Positions 1 through 14,472 of a DNA stretch of 64,000 nucleotides are shown in pieces. The DNA lies in assembly GCA_002269645.1 (NCBI GenBank), contig NIVC01003201.1, forward strand, positions 11,226 through 75,225, read 5' to 3'. Numbering within the stretch: the stretch's first letter is position 1; every line of letters starts with the position of its first letter. Under the pieces are notes generated by a model. It had not been told where the DNA came from, ran no database searches, and saw nothing but the letters and a program-made list of their open reading frames with translations. Position numbers and translations under genes: made by a program. This DNA comes from Macrostomum lignano (taxonomy: Eukaryota).

Positions 1-470
1 AAGGTGCCGACGGCATCGGGGTGATGGCTAAATGCTTGACTGATTAGCTGAGGATGTCCAGCAGTTGAGGTTTGCCCATTATTGAAGCTTGATAAGAAAA
101 ACCTAACATTTTTGCAACAGGATGTCCATAGTCACCTGGTGTAATCTGTTGAAGGAGCCGATGGCGTCGGGATGATGACGGAATGCTTGAGAAACTAGCT
201 GAGAATGTCTGGCAGTTGATTCTTGCCCACTTTCGAGGCTCGATCAGCGAAACTAGAGAAATTCTTATCAGGCTGTCTATAGTCACCTGGTGTAATCTGT
301 TGAAAGAGCCGATGGCATCAGGATAATGACGGAATGCTTGAGAGACTAACTGAGAATATTTGGCGGTTGATTCTTGCCCACTATCGAGGCTTGATTGATG
401 AAACTAGAGAAATCCACATCAGTGTGTCCATAGTCACCTGGTGCCACAGCTGTTGAGGGTCCAGAAGCTC
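1..470. repeat. Degenerate 151-bp tandem repeat (about 3 units, continues off window)
   Basis: Anchor GTCACCTGG at 131, 282 and 433 (period 151); the units are clearly alignable but diverged. Confidence 0.75.
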
Positions 471-3400
471 CACTTGGGTGAAGGCTAGTTACCAACAAAG
501 TCAGAACTGATGCAAACACGTGTTCGACATGCTGATGAAATTTGGAGACTTGGCAAGGCTGCACTGAGGTGCAGTGCTAATTGGCGCACAGGGATGTACT
601 GAATACACTATCACTTAGGGGAAAAATCTAACCTTCTGGCAGAATCAACGAATATCTCGACAGTCCAAAGGGCTAGCGACTTGATTCTTGTTTGAAAAGG
701 TGCGCAACACAATGTTAATATTTTCTTTTTATATCAATGAAGGTCAAATAATTAGATTAAATAATTTAATTAGACCAAATAACAAAGATTTTCTTTTGTA
801 AAAAATGTTTTGAAAAGTTTTTTAAAGTCAGTACAATATGGTTCATAACTAGTTAGGCTAGTAAAATTAGTAATTATCATTACAACTTACATTACAATTT
901 ATTACAATGATATTATTTCTATATTATTATCCACTACTAGTCTACTACTACTACTATTTAGCACTGGCAGACAAATAGTCCAAGTCCACTGGCCATTTAA
1001 CCATGGCAGACAAATAGTCCTGGATCCTACTACTTTACTAGACACTCAGGATTGCATCGAAATGTAATATATATTTATATTGGTTCTTATGCTAATATAT
1101 TAGGCCTAGATTATAAACATAATGTAGGCCTAGGCCTAGAGTAGATGAAGATTTATATTTGATCTAAGGTTTCGAATCCAGAATTTTGAAATAGCTAATA
1201 TCAAGTATGCATCATTACTGAAATACAACGTTAAGTAAAAAATCTGCGGACGTATTGTTGAACTAGGGCCGACTATGGTCTATTTAACAGGCTGTTAATA
1301 ACAGCTAGGCCTATATAGAAATCAAATCAAAACTAAAACCATCTCAAATAACAGTTAGCAGGAAATGTAGATTTTAGGCGGGTCATAAAATGTTTGTTTT
1401 CTATTAGTCAATCGATTTAAATCACTGGTAAAAGTGTATTGTAATGAGTTTCAATTTTTATCACTTCGCTGTGTTGAGCCTGAAGCCATTCTCGACGGTT
1501 TGCTTAAATGGACCCATATTCAAAGAAACAGTAATTTAATTTGGTGGTTGAATTAGGCACTTAGCAATGGACTGACCAATCCTGTTGTCTAGCAGAACGT
1601 ACAAGCGTAGCTTGTTCAAAGTAAAAAACATGTTCTGCTTTCATTCTCCTTTGAATCTAACTCTCAGCACAATTTAATGAAATGCGTATTGAATAAAATA
1701 TTATAGGCTGCATTTTCGGCACATTTTTCGATACTAGAAAGAGTGGTCATTAATAACGCACTTCATGCGCTTTTAACGACTACTTCTACCACAAGCATAC
1801 AAATCAAAGCATATCATAGCATACACTGTAGACTATAGTGACTATAAGTTTGATTCTCACCTGACCTGACTAATAATACGGCTTGCTCGTGGTTTCTATT
1901 GCATTGATTAAATGATTCCCTGTGCAGAATTACCCTGAAAAGGATAAACTCTGGAAATACATGGTATTCAGGACAGGACCGAGAAGCCATGAGTACAGCA
2001 GAGTAAAACTTCTATTGACTGAAGAATATTATAGTTTACTGAAATTTCTCAAATCATTTTGTTGTTGGAATCCTTGTCGGGATGTTTGTACACGCATTTT
2101 CGCGTTTTCCGATTTTTCAGGAACAGCGCATCTATACAAATTAAGTCGCGTCAGCTTTCCGTTTCCTAAGTATTTTCATTAAAATTTAATAAACTAATGG
2201 AGTTATTAAGTTATAGTCTACTGAATTGTCACTTTCACTTTTTATGCATGTATATTCCACTAAAGGAATTGTGCATGAGCCTGTCGATCATTTCTACTGT
2301 TATGTATGTATATGCTATATAGCCAAACAACTTTATGAATTTTGGAAGCAAAAACGAAATTCGAAATTTTAGATCAGCATAGCTACTAGTCGAAATGTCT
2401 GCAGACTTTATTCCGACCTATGTCGGCCTTAACGAAACGCTTTTTGCGTCCATTAAATTTTAAGTCACAAATCACATTTGTTTTTTGTCAGTAGTGTACA
2501 TTTAATTCATTTCTTATTTTTCAATGTACTGATGATGCGCTTAAATAACTATTTTTGCAGAGGTGGCCATTAAACTCACGAAATAATTTGGCCTAGCTGT
2601 TTATTGAGCATAAATTAGTACATACATGTAGTTATAGCCTGTATTTTACGTGTGTGTACGTGTACGCCGTAAACATTAATGTACATGCGCAAACACAACA
2701 TAAAAGCTATACGCGTCGCGACTGATTGAGAATGTACGATACATACATGTATACGAGCCACATAAGTGAACTGTACATTTTGGTAGTTAATTTGCGTCTT
2801 TTAAAAATCTGTCAGTGATTTTAATTGAGTTGAATATTTATAAAATGATATCTTATTTTTACGGCCACTGCTGATGCACCTGCACACGTATGTGAGCTAG
2901 TTTATGAACAGGAAGTCGAGAATACAAATCATTTTAGTAATTTGCTTCTTCAGTCACCTTATGAAGCTATAACATTAATAATACTTGATTTTTATTGCTA
3001 AAATGATGGTGATATCGGGTTGCGGGCAATTGCAAAACACGGCGACAAAGATTAATAATAACGATTACTTAATACATTTGCATTCTAACACTCGTGTGCA
3101 ATTAATAGCATCCTATGTTGCGAAATATTGAAGCAGCTATAATAAAGAGATAATGAAATAAATAACAGCTTTCCAAAAAAACAGTACATAAGCTAAGTTT
3201 GATCAATCAGAATGTGAGATTGATTAGCTATTTTTATATATCAGCATGCTGATATTATAAGCAATTAATATCAATTAAAAAGCAATTAAAGGTGTGAAAG
3301 AGAACGACAAGATATCGGGAAGAAAAGCGAACAGAAATCGATGAACTGCTTAGTGGGAGAGAAAGTAATGAACTGGGGGGCTCGAAGATTTTTTTAATTG

Positions 3401-3542
3401 AATATTTTTGTTTTAAGTTTATAATTAGGTAACAATCCAAAGGTGAATGCACGAGTTCTTTTTCTGAGTCCAACACAGAGCGAAAAAAACGGATGCAAGA
3501 ATCAGCCGGGGGGAGGCTTTGGTGTTGACTTCAAGTTGACGC

Positions 3543-6500
3543 TTAGCTCTCAGCCGGGGCGGCCTCCCCGGCCTCGCCGCCCTCCTCCGGTTTCTCCTTC
3601 TTCTCCTTGGTCCACTCCGGCTTTTCCGACTGCAATTGCAGGATTGGAGTGGGTTGTCGGGATCGAGACTTGCATGTACGTCGTAAGCTTATAATCGTGA
3701 TTTGAAAACTGAGCAGTATCAGTTATATAGCTGCAAATTGCTGTTTTTGATCCAAGTGTGCTAGAAAAGCAGGGGTGGGCAAACTTCGGCCGGTCATAAG
3801 TGGCCCACAAAGCCTCTCTATCCGACCCTCGGGTCCTTGGACACTTTAGAATGGCAATCCGACCCGCTCAAGGTTTGTTTCTTCTCCTCTCCTCTCCTCT
3901 CCTCTCCTCTCCTCTCCTCTCCTCTCCTCTCCTCTCCTCTCCTCTCCTCTCCTCTCCTCTCCTCTCCTCTTCCTCTCCTCTCCTCTCCTCTCCTCTCCTC
4001 TCCTCTCCTCTCCTCTCCTCTCCTCTCCTCTCCTCTCCTCTCATCTCATTCCTTCTCACTCATCTCTTTTCTCATAGCCTCTTTCATCTCACCTCCCCTC
4101 TCTTTTGTCATCTCCTCTTTCTTCTCTCTCCTCCATTCCCTCTCCTTTCCACTCTCATCTGGCCCGCAGCCATGAGCTGGATTCTTTATCTGGCCCTTGA
4201 GGTAAAAAGTTTGCTGACCTCCATATAAGAGGCCTGAGCCTAATGAAACGGAACAGCGCTCCCGTTGCCATCAACCATAATAAAACCTACAGAGAGGCAG
4301 CAGCAACACTCACTTCTTCCTTCTCCTCCAGGGCGTACTTGTCCTGGCCAGTGGACTTGAGACCCTCGCGGAAGGAAGCGGCGCTGGCTTTGTTCTTCTT
4401 TTTCAGCTTCTCCAGACGCTGCTCAGTCTTAGAGACCTTCTTCAGCACCGGCTTTGTGAACTTGCCCTTCGACTCGTTCACTTTAGCCTCCATTGCATTG
4501 ATCTCCAGATCCAGGTTGTGGATCTTCATCTCCCAGTCGTACTTCTCAGCCTCGAGCTGAGCCATCTTCCTGTACAACTCCTTCACCTTGCTCTCCAGCT
4601 GGTCTGCGGTCGGTAATTACATGTAAATGTTGAAATCAGATTATGTAAATTCACATTCACCTGTCGTCTGATAATTGTAAGTTGTATAAATTTGCTCACC
4701 CTTGCTGAGGCCCGAAATGTTGAGCTCGCCGACTACCGACTTGAGGTGGTTCTCGCGCTCCTGAGCCTTGCGCTTCTGCTCGGCGCGCATCTCTTCAGCT
4801 GCCTTCTGCATGATCAGCTGCTTCAGCAGGCGCTTCTTCTCCGGGGTCATTGTGACACCCTTCTTCTTCTTGCCCTTGCCGCCCTTCTTTGAGGCGGCGG
4901 CTGCGGCCTCTTCGGCTTTGCGGGCCTCCTCGGCGCGACGGCGCTCTTCGGCTTCCTCCTCACGACGGCGCTCTTCGGCCTCCTCTTCGCGACGGCGCCG
5001 CTCTGCTTCCTGTAGAGTCAATAGGAATTTTAATGAGACGTTGAGTTTTGGTAACCTTTGTGGGGGGGTGGAGCTTGAGTTAAGCTTGGTTGAGCTTGGG
5101 TTGAGCTTGGGCTGAAGCTTGGGTTGAGCATGAATTGAGCCTTGGTTGAGCTTGGGTTGAGATTGGGTTGAGATTGGGTTGAGATTGGGTTGAGATTGGG
5201 TTGAGATTGGGTTGAGATTGGGTTGAGATTGGGTTGAGATTGGGTTGAGATTGGGTTGAGATTGGGTTGAGATTGGGTTGAGATTGGGTTGAGATTGGTT
5301 TGAGATTGGGTTGAGATTGGGTTGAGATTGGGTTGAGATTGGGCTGAAGCTTGCTTGGGCATGAATTGAGCTTTGGTTGAGCTTGGGTTGAGATTGGGTT
5401 GAGCTTGGGTTGAGATTGGGTTGAGATTGGGTTGAGCTTGGGTTGAGATTGGGTTGAGATTGGGTTGAGCTTGGGCTGAAGCTTGGGTTGAGATTGGGTT
5501 GAGCTTGGGTTGAGATTGGGTTGAATTTCGGTTAAGCTCGGGCGGGAAGATGAGAACCCCACTCCCTGAACGGTAAGCAACAGCTACAGCTGTTTACCTC
5601 CTCGCGCCGACGTTTCTCAGCTTCGGCCCGCTCCCGTTCCTCCTCCTCCTCCTGCTGCTGGCGGCGACGTCGCTCGGCAGCTTCCTCTTCCTCAGCTCGC
5701 CGGCGATCCTGAAAGCCGATGCGCCAGCCACAAGCGTCAATGCAGGAATCAATCAAGCTCATCAACGAAGGCGTCGAGAAAAAATACTCACATCGTCGTC
5801 GCCTCCGCCACCGCCGCCGGAGGGCTCCTCGGCCGGGGCGGACTCGGCCGGGGCGGACTCGGCCGGAGCGGACTGGAAAGCGGGAAAGAAAGTCCTTCGA
5901 GTTAGCATAGTCCATGAAACAAGCAGGTCTGTTACAGGTTCTCATGCCTCTTATAAATATTTACGAGCATGCTTTGATACAGAGCTTCGGATTTTATCAT
6001 CAGTGGGGAGTAAACAGGTCTATAAAAAATAATGTGAAGTACTTTAAAGCAGAAGGTCGCGAGATAAGCACATATTGTGGGACGCACGCCAATGTCTCTG
6101 AATAAGACTTGTTGAGAAGTCACTCACCGCACTTCTCAGGATCTTGAGCAAGCGCGCTCAAGATGTATTACCGATCGCAAAAGCAGAGCATCCACTCATT
6201 AAAGATTTTTTACGAGTGCCAATTGGCAATAGAAAATGAAAATAAAAGAATAGTTAACAAAAAAGTCATCTCTAATGCAGCTAAATACATTTTGATGCAT
6301 TTTATGAATTCGTAGCTGAGGTTAGTAGAAAAAATGGATACAGCAAGACACCCAACAAAAAGCACATCGGAATGTCAGTGATTAGATCAGATCCGGGACA
6401 GCAGAATACTTGAATGTATTTATACTAAAAGCTAGGAATCTCCGGCTTCCGTTCAGTTTGTGTGGGTCGATCGGCTTCACTCACGGGTGCCTCAGACTCC

Positions 6501-7763
6501 GCTGCGTCTTCCTCTTCGCCACGCCTGCGTCGGCGCCTTGACGAATCAGCCGCCGGCGCCTCCTATTATTGTAGCAATTATTAATTTATCGGCTGAACTA
6601 GCCAGGAACAGTCTGTTCGGCTTGGAACAAGAAGCAGTCATTGAACCATCGTGCAAAGCATGGGGGGTTAAGGTTCGTTGTCCCTTGCTGACAAATTACA
6701 AAATTACAAAACTTTTTTGCTTTTGCCATGCAAAGTTAGAAAACGGACATCCAAAGTTGAAAAGCTTCTAGAAAAAAAGAGAACAAAGATTTCTGACTGA
6801 GAAACATAACTTAGAGACGAGCAAATCTATGGCCTAGCGGTATTCTGTATGCTTTCAACTCGGGATGTCGTTAGCACGATAATATGAGAAATGCTATGCT
6901 AGGTTTAACAGAAAAAACTCATTCGAATATTCTAAAATATTTTTCTATACCGAATTAACCTACTGACATTAATATTATGGCAAAATACTAATCCAAAATA
7001 TCACTCAAGGTTTGAGTTGTGAAATTAAAAAAAAAACTGTTGATATTGATAACCCGTTGTTAGTTAATACAGTACGAATGCGAAGCGCGATACAGGCCGC
7101 CCTCTACCAAACTGAGATGCAAAATAATATGCTCGAGAACAACATACAGTATATGCATTAGCAGGCATGGACTATGAGAATTCGATAGTTTTCTTTTCTA
7201 GGCTCTACTGTAATGGACTGCTGATCAAAACTATTCCGAGCGAGCTGGGTCTGACAGTCAAATCCGTGATAAAGCGCAACTTTACAACGCAACAGGAGTA
7301 TTTATGAGCGCAACTGTAAGCTCCAACTGGAACGCAGAAAGCGCCTAGCAACGGTAGCTCTCACTTGCTCTAATTGTTCCATTGTAATCCCGGTGATTCC
7401 TTAGTAAGCTTCTATACTCACGATACTATCGATGATACTCGATTAGTGATAAAACACGTTGAGGATTCAAACATAGAAAAAGACAATTACTTAACAGATG
7501 GAAGCTGAAGAGAAATTGACTGCTGCATCGAAGTTACCTAATAGGGGATCGAATGATTAATAGCTCCAGTATCATACCTCTTCGGTTCTGGAATGAAAGG
7601 GGAGGTTTAATTCGAGAGGGTAATAACAACTCACTAGCATATTGCCGATCATTCAAACAGTACTATGACAAGAATGATTGTTAAAGCTTTGCTATTAGGT
7701 GTTTACTCACGCCTGCTGCCTCGCCCTGCGTCGGGCGGCGCGTCGCTCGTCCATGTCGCTCAT
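3543..7763 (-). CDS. TNNI: Troponin I, invertebrate type with long Glu/Arg-rich N-terminal extension (about 337 aa)
   Basis: Exons (-): 7763-7711, predicted 4-nt microexon 7425-7422, 6562-6485, 5872-5792, 5708-5598, 5009-4700, 4603-4314, 3629-3543. All are GT-AG; the phases fit only if a microexon is included. TnI motifs: MTPEKKRLLKQLIMQKAAEE, LEAEKYDWE, KGKFTKPVLKKVSK, FREGLKS, C-terminal KPEW. Confidence 0.92.
3883..4042. repeat. (CTCCT)n microsatellite in last TnI intron
   Basis: Near-perfect pentamer run; explains the spurious SSPLL/RRGEE ORFs. Confidence 0.97.
5080..5525. repeat. 11-bp minisatellite (GATTGGGTTGA)n in TnI intron
   Basis: Direct tandem repeats with GAGCTTGGG variants. 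Confidence 0.95.
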
Positions 7764-10700
7764 TGTTGCTGCTGTTCTTTCGACGGCAGGTTAAACAATA
7801 AACAGAAAATTTGCTACTCGGAGTGGGGCGACAAACGAAACTAAGAACACGACCTGTAATGAAGGCTGCCTACATTAAGGTTGAGCTTCTAATTTTGGTA
7901 TTGCACACACTGGGTCCGAACAATCTTGGACTTACCTGTGTCTAGATGCCGGGGACTGTCGAGCGAAAGAGTTGGAGACGCGACAGAAAGGATGAAGGAG
8001 TGGTGCAAGGCCTTCAATGCCGGGTCACTGGGCTGCCTAAATAGAACCGAGGAAAAGGCGCGGGCGGAGGTAGGGGAGAACGAAGAGGAACTGCAGTAGG
8101 CAAGGGTTAGAGGGGCCGGGTGGGTAGGAAATGTCAGGTCGAGCTTTGCGCTTACAATTCTTCCGCTAGCGTCGAAAAAATCATTGCCCATGTGCGCTGC
8201 GCCGCAGCCTCCAAGTCAGAACCTTAGCTGCGCCACCATTTGGATCGATAAATAGCGCAGTGCGGCCCCGCGGGTCCGGGATGGGCCTTCAGAAATACCT
8301 TTTCCGTCCGCATCCCGAAGTTTCTGCTGTCTAATACGGTTTCTTGCAGGGAGAGAGAGAGGGAGGTAGATTGGGTGAAAGGCGAGCAGAGAGGAGCCAA
8401 ATGGCATGCATTCGTGAAGTTTCCACTGGGCATCGGCCTCTACACTGCTTTACCTTTACAGGTACGCGTTCAGCCGTTCCAGTCTTGGCATCTCCCCCCT
8501 CGCTGCCGCTGCGCGTGCAGGAGCAGGAACTGTTTCTCCCTCCGATGACACACGGAAAGTTTTGGAAGCTTTCGAGATCCATTCGGGAGCGCATGCGGCG
8601 CGGAAGGAACAAGGAGGTTTAATGCAAGATTTGCCTAGACCGTATTGCAACTTCGATCTTATTGGGACGCGTTGCTGCAGTGCTGAACTTTCTGCTGGCG
8701 TTCCGAATAGCTGCGCTATCAATCCAAGATTGGTTCGAAAGACTCCTCAGTGTGAACGGCCTTTATTTCGTACCTCCATGGGCCTGTAGTAGTGTTGTGA
8801 ACATTTTTAGAGATGGTGATTGTATCACAAAAACGAAACTACAAATGCATTAAACGTATCATAGCAGAAGTAGTTCTCGAGATCCGTCTTTATACAGGTC
8901 TTTGTTGGCTATAGCATCCTGTATGAAATCTGAAGAAACATTTCTATAAGCATCAATAAAACAGTTCGACAAAATGTTGAGTGATTAATTAGTAATTTTT
9001 TTGTTTAATTTCATATCTTGCTACTTTAAGTAGTCGGTAAGTCCAATTAGAATTAAATTTTCGTCCAATTTAAGTGCTGGTCACTTTTAACCGCTTGCTC
9101 AACAGGAATCGCGGTTTAATGATTGAGCTCACACCACTTGCAACGTCACTGAAACAATTTTTTTCGTCCGGTCTACAACTCAATTCATGAATAATTCAGG
9201 GTTCTGCCTCAATCTTCTCGGCAGGATGGGAATGAGGCCTAGCGCTGTACGACTCTCTCTTCCCTGCCCTAGACCAGCATTACCGGGTGACTGGGAAGTA
9301 TTTATACGCGCCAAGAGAGGCCCGAGACAATTTTTCAGCGATCAATAAGGCCCAAGTTACAAACTACCGCAGCCCTGTTGCCCTCTCCTGTTCGTCCTCT
9401 GCACTCGCTGCTTCTGAAAGATTCTAGCATGCAAATGCGCTAGAGCACGCACTTGGGACCAACAAAATCGCACTGCGCCAGTGTTTGCCAGATTCAGGCT
9501 CAGCAGAATGACTGGACTCGCGCCTCCTCCAGTGCGAACTTGGACAAGTGTGCATGCAGTGCAGGAATCCGATTTGCTCGCGTCAACTCCGATTTCATTC
9601 CGTCTCCGAGTATAAATATTTGACGCATCCTCCCCATTCCAGATTCGAACTGAGAGCTTCCTTTCTAGTGTTCTTGAATACAGGCAGAGAACTGCTTTTA
9701 TTTTGCTTATAGCTGTGTTACTCGGACTTGAGCACTCGGACTTGAAACATAACGCTGTCAAATGTTCTGTGCGGATACACTCATCCCAGCGATGTCTCTC
9801 CATTGCTTTCCAATCATTTTTTCGCATAATCAATGCAGATTCTTGCCTCACCCCTTATCCCCTTACGTGCTCGCATGCAGATGGGCTTCAAATAGCATTC
9901 TCTCTGCTGCCCACTCTGTTTCGGATAACATTGCCTAAAAGGCAGTCGCGGGCAGCCGTCGCTCGCATCACTCTCTATGGATAAGTCGCCCATTCCGCCG
10001 AGAAAATTCCGCTGTTTACTCCTCGACTAAATTCCAATCCTTATCCAACACGGGTGCCATCGGTTGGTCGCCACAATCACATCCGACCATATCTGAAACT
10101 ATCCTGTTTACTTTAGACCGATTAAGGATATTACCAAGCCGGTCAGTATAGGGGTGCGGGCAGCGGTATAGTGGAAAACAGATTTACGTCGTAGAGGGTG
10201 GCAGCTCTAAGAAGATGCGGCAGAAATATTGGAACTAACGGTTGTTGCGACCCCCTACAGTCTCAGTCATGTACTAGCTCTACATACATGTACAAGCTAT
10301 CTCCCAGATGCAGCAGTGTCATGTCTACCAAACTATTGACCATCTGGGTCATGCTTGTTATGTCTGATAAAAGCTTAATCAGATAGTTTGCAGGAAGGCT
10401 TTTGGAAATCCTGCAAAACAAAACGACGCAGGTGCACAGTGGCTTTCTAATTGACAAAAACACATTCTGTGCCTTGGCGGTTGGCCCTCATGGGCGGGAG
10501 TCCCAGATTAATGAGGTCATGCATGTCATTGTGAAACCCTGGGTACTTTGGCTCGACTCTGGCAGAAGCTTTCATCCCATCGTAATCATCCGTTCACCTA
10601 CGCTTTAAACCAACTCAACACTCGCGAAAGCTGCACCGAAAAGTGCCTCCTGATATACCTGATTCCCCCCCGTTTCCAAGCGCATCCACGAGAGAAACCG

Positions 10701-11642
10701 CGCGATCGAAGTCGCACGCAAACCGCTGGAGTGGCAAAGGAACTGTCGCTCGTGAAACTCGATATCGCTAATTCCCCTGCCACCGGCTGCCAGCAACTGT
10801 CGCTTTGGTTCTCACTTTCTCCCTCTCTGCCACCCGCCTCCTCCATCTCTCTTTCTTGGGATGCAGAAGCTGAAGCAGAAGGAGGGCCAGCTAATTCCCG
10901 CAGCTAGCTTGTCGCGCACCACCTTCACTGCTATATCGCACCAAGCGTGTTACTCCATCTAGCCACTCTTCTCAGCCTCCCAATTCTAGGCATCTTTCGA
11001 GGAGGCAGGCACGCAGGTTGAGGGGGCTGCTATGGGAGATCGCGTGATGCAGAAACGGCCTGCTGCCTGGAATTCTAACCCCTCCCCAGCCGCCTCCACT
11101 TTTTCTTGCCCTCATCAATTTTGCTCTTTCCTTCTGTCATTCTCTCGCCCCCCCGTGTGAGAAAGTGTTATACCGAGCATAGTAGAGCGCGAGTGAGATG
11201 GGGGATATTGGCTAGCAGAGGTGTGGGAAAATAGAGCCGGACATTAGGGGAGCTGCTATAAGCCGAGTCCATCTCCCGTCTCTCTCTCTCACTCTTCCCC
11301 TGTCTTTCTCCATCAAGCCAAAGTCGGGGCACCCAACAATTTCACCCTCTTTTTTTCTCCCATAAAACCCGCGGCAGCAAAGTGGCTCTCCGGCCCGCAG
11401 GGGGTGGCCGTTTTACACGCCGAGTGAGGCGCTCCCGTCTCCCAATTGCGCCTGATAATATATTCCACAGCTCTGCTGGCTTAATGGCCTCCGTCCAGTC
11501 CCTCCGCCCGCGTCACTTCTCATTACAAGTGCGGGCTTCTTCTCTCTTTCACGCGATCCCCCGCGATCCACCGATTTCCCAGTCTTATACGAGTACTTGT
11601 TCCTTGGCAGAAGCTGGGGCGCCATCTACTCCACTGCACAGC

Positions 11643-12794
<1,152 letters not shown>

Positions 12795-13470
12795 CTCTAT
12801 TTAACCATAGCATTTCTTTCACCGTAGTCCCACAGCATGCAATAATGATTACTAAACTTAGCGGTCTCACAGTCGGAGCATGCCATGCCTTTTGTGCCTT
12901 CTGTCCGTCTGCCCGCAGGTGCGTGCCATTTTCCATATCCCAAAGCAAGAGACTCATTCAGAATTCATTCAGTTCGAATGGAGAAGAAAAAATGGAGTCC
13001 ATCGTGTTGCATTGGAGTGCAGTGCGGAGACAATTAGGCTGTGAGTGCACAGGGGTACAGCGGATTTCAGAGTGCCGCAGTATGAATTCGGCATTCACCT
13101 GTAGGTTCCCCATTCAGTCTCCGCAGTTCGGTCCGGGCTTCGATGCCAGATTCCCAGCCATTCCGCATAGCCAGCAGATAAAAAAGCAATTCCAGCTGCA
13201 GGCTCATAAATCAGCGAGAGAAATGGCAGTTAGAGAGAGACAGCGGCGCACTTCGTAGGTTCAGGTACGGTAGCTGGCGGATTTCGCTTTCATGGAATTG
13301 CAGGCACAGCGAAGCTCTTCATTTGCAGTCTGTTTTGGGTGCAGTCTGCAATACTACAGGGAACAAAGAATACAGCGCGTCAGAGATATGCAAATTTTCT
13401 TGGAAACATAATTTTGCTTCCGATTTTTTGAGTGATATCGCAGTTCTTCTTACCTTCCCAGCTTCCAGAA

Positions 13471-14199
13471 AGCATGACAGCATGACATCATGAAAGCATG
13501 ACAGCATGACATCATGACAGCATGAAAGCATGACATCATGAAAGCATGACAGCATGACATCATGACAGCATGACATCATGACAGCATGACAGCATGACAT
13601 CATGAAAGCATGACATCATGAAAGCATGACAGCATGACATCATGACAGCATGAAAGCATGACAGCAAGACAGCATGACATCATGACAGCATGAAAAAATG
13701 ACATCATGAAAGCATGACAGCATGACATCATGACAGCATGACATCATGACAGCATGAAAGCATGACATCATGAAAGCATGACAGCATGACATCATGACAG
13801 CATGACATCATGAAAGCATGACAGCAAGACAGCATGACAGCATGACAGCATGACAGCATGACATCATGAAAGCATGACAGCATGACAGCATGACAGCATG
13901 ACAGCATGACATCATGAAAGCATGACAGCATGACAGCATGAAAGCATGACATCATGAAAGCATGACAGCATGACATCATGACAGCATGACATCATGAAAG
14001 CATGACAGCATGACAGCATGACAGCATGACAGCATGACATCATGAAAGCATGACAGCATGACAGCATGACAGCATGACAGCATGACATCATGACATCATG
14101 ACAGCATGACAGCATGACATCATGACATTATGACAGCATGACAGCATGACAGCATGACAGCATGACAGCATGAAAGCATGACAGCATGACAGCATGACA
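13471..14199. repeat. Variant 8-bp satellite (CATGACAG/CATGAAAG/CATGACAT)
   Basis: Three interspersed octamer variants share the CATGA core. Confidence 0.95.
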
Positions 14200-14472
14200 A
14201 AAAACCAGTTTGACGTTTGCATTGTTTTAAAATAACAGAGTATTTCAGCAGCAAGTCTGGCAATGGTTCCTCAATCCGCATACCGTTTATTTACAGGAAT
14301 TCAGGGTAATCACAGTTTCTCGAATCGACATTCGAGGAGCAGAATTCCAGCCTTATTCATTCTTAATGAACAATCGGATCAAGAGCTGGATTTTGCTTTT
14401 AATAGGCCCGGAACTCCATCAATAGTCTGTCGAAATGTTTTGAGTCATCAGAACACAAATATTATGATACTT

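Noticed and set aside
586-1932. CCCTGTGC(A/G) motifs at about 586 (inverted), 1918 and 59613 as shared transposon ends
   Set aside because: Matches are short and no paired TIR/TSD could be established.
3800-4228. ORFs of SSPLL/RRGEE repeats
   Set aside because: Translations of the (CTCCT)n microsatellite inside a TnI intron.
5030-5580. NPISTQSQP ORFs
   Set aside because: 11-bp minisatellite in a TnI intron; no splice support.
8461-8789. Open frame after a good acceptor (CTTTACAG|GTACGC) on +
   Set aside because: No recognisable domain or partner exons; GC-rich chance ORF or lncRNA exon cannot be excluded.
10263-10420. Exon-like segment on - (TTTTGCAG|GATTTCC...VHD*)
   Set aside because: Could not be linked in phase to any gene and shows no homology I recognise.
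12919-13040. 122-nt AG/GT-bounded open segment on +
   Set aside because: No flanking exons or recognisable motif.
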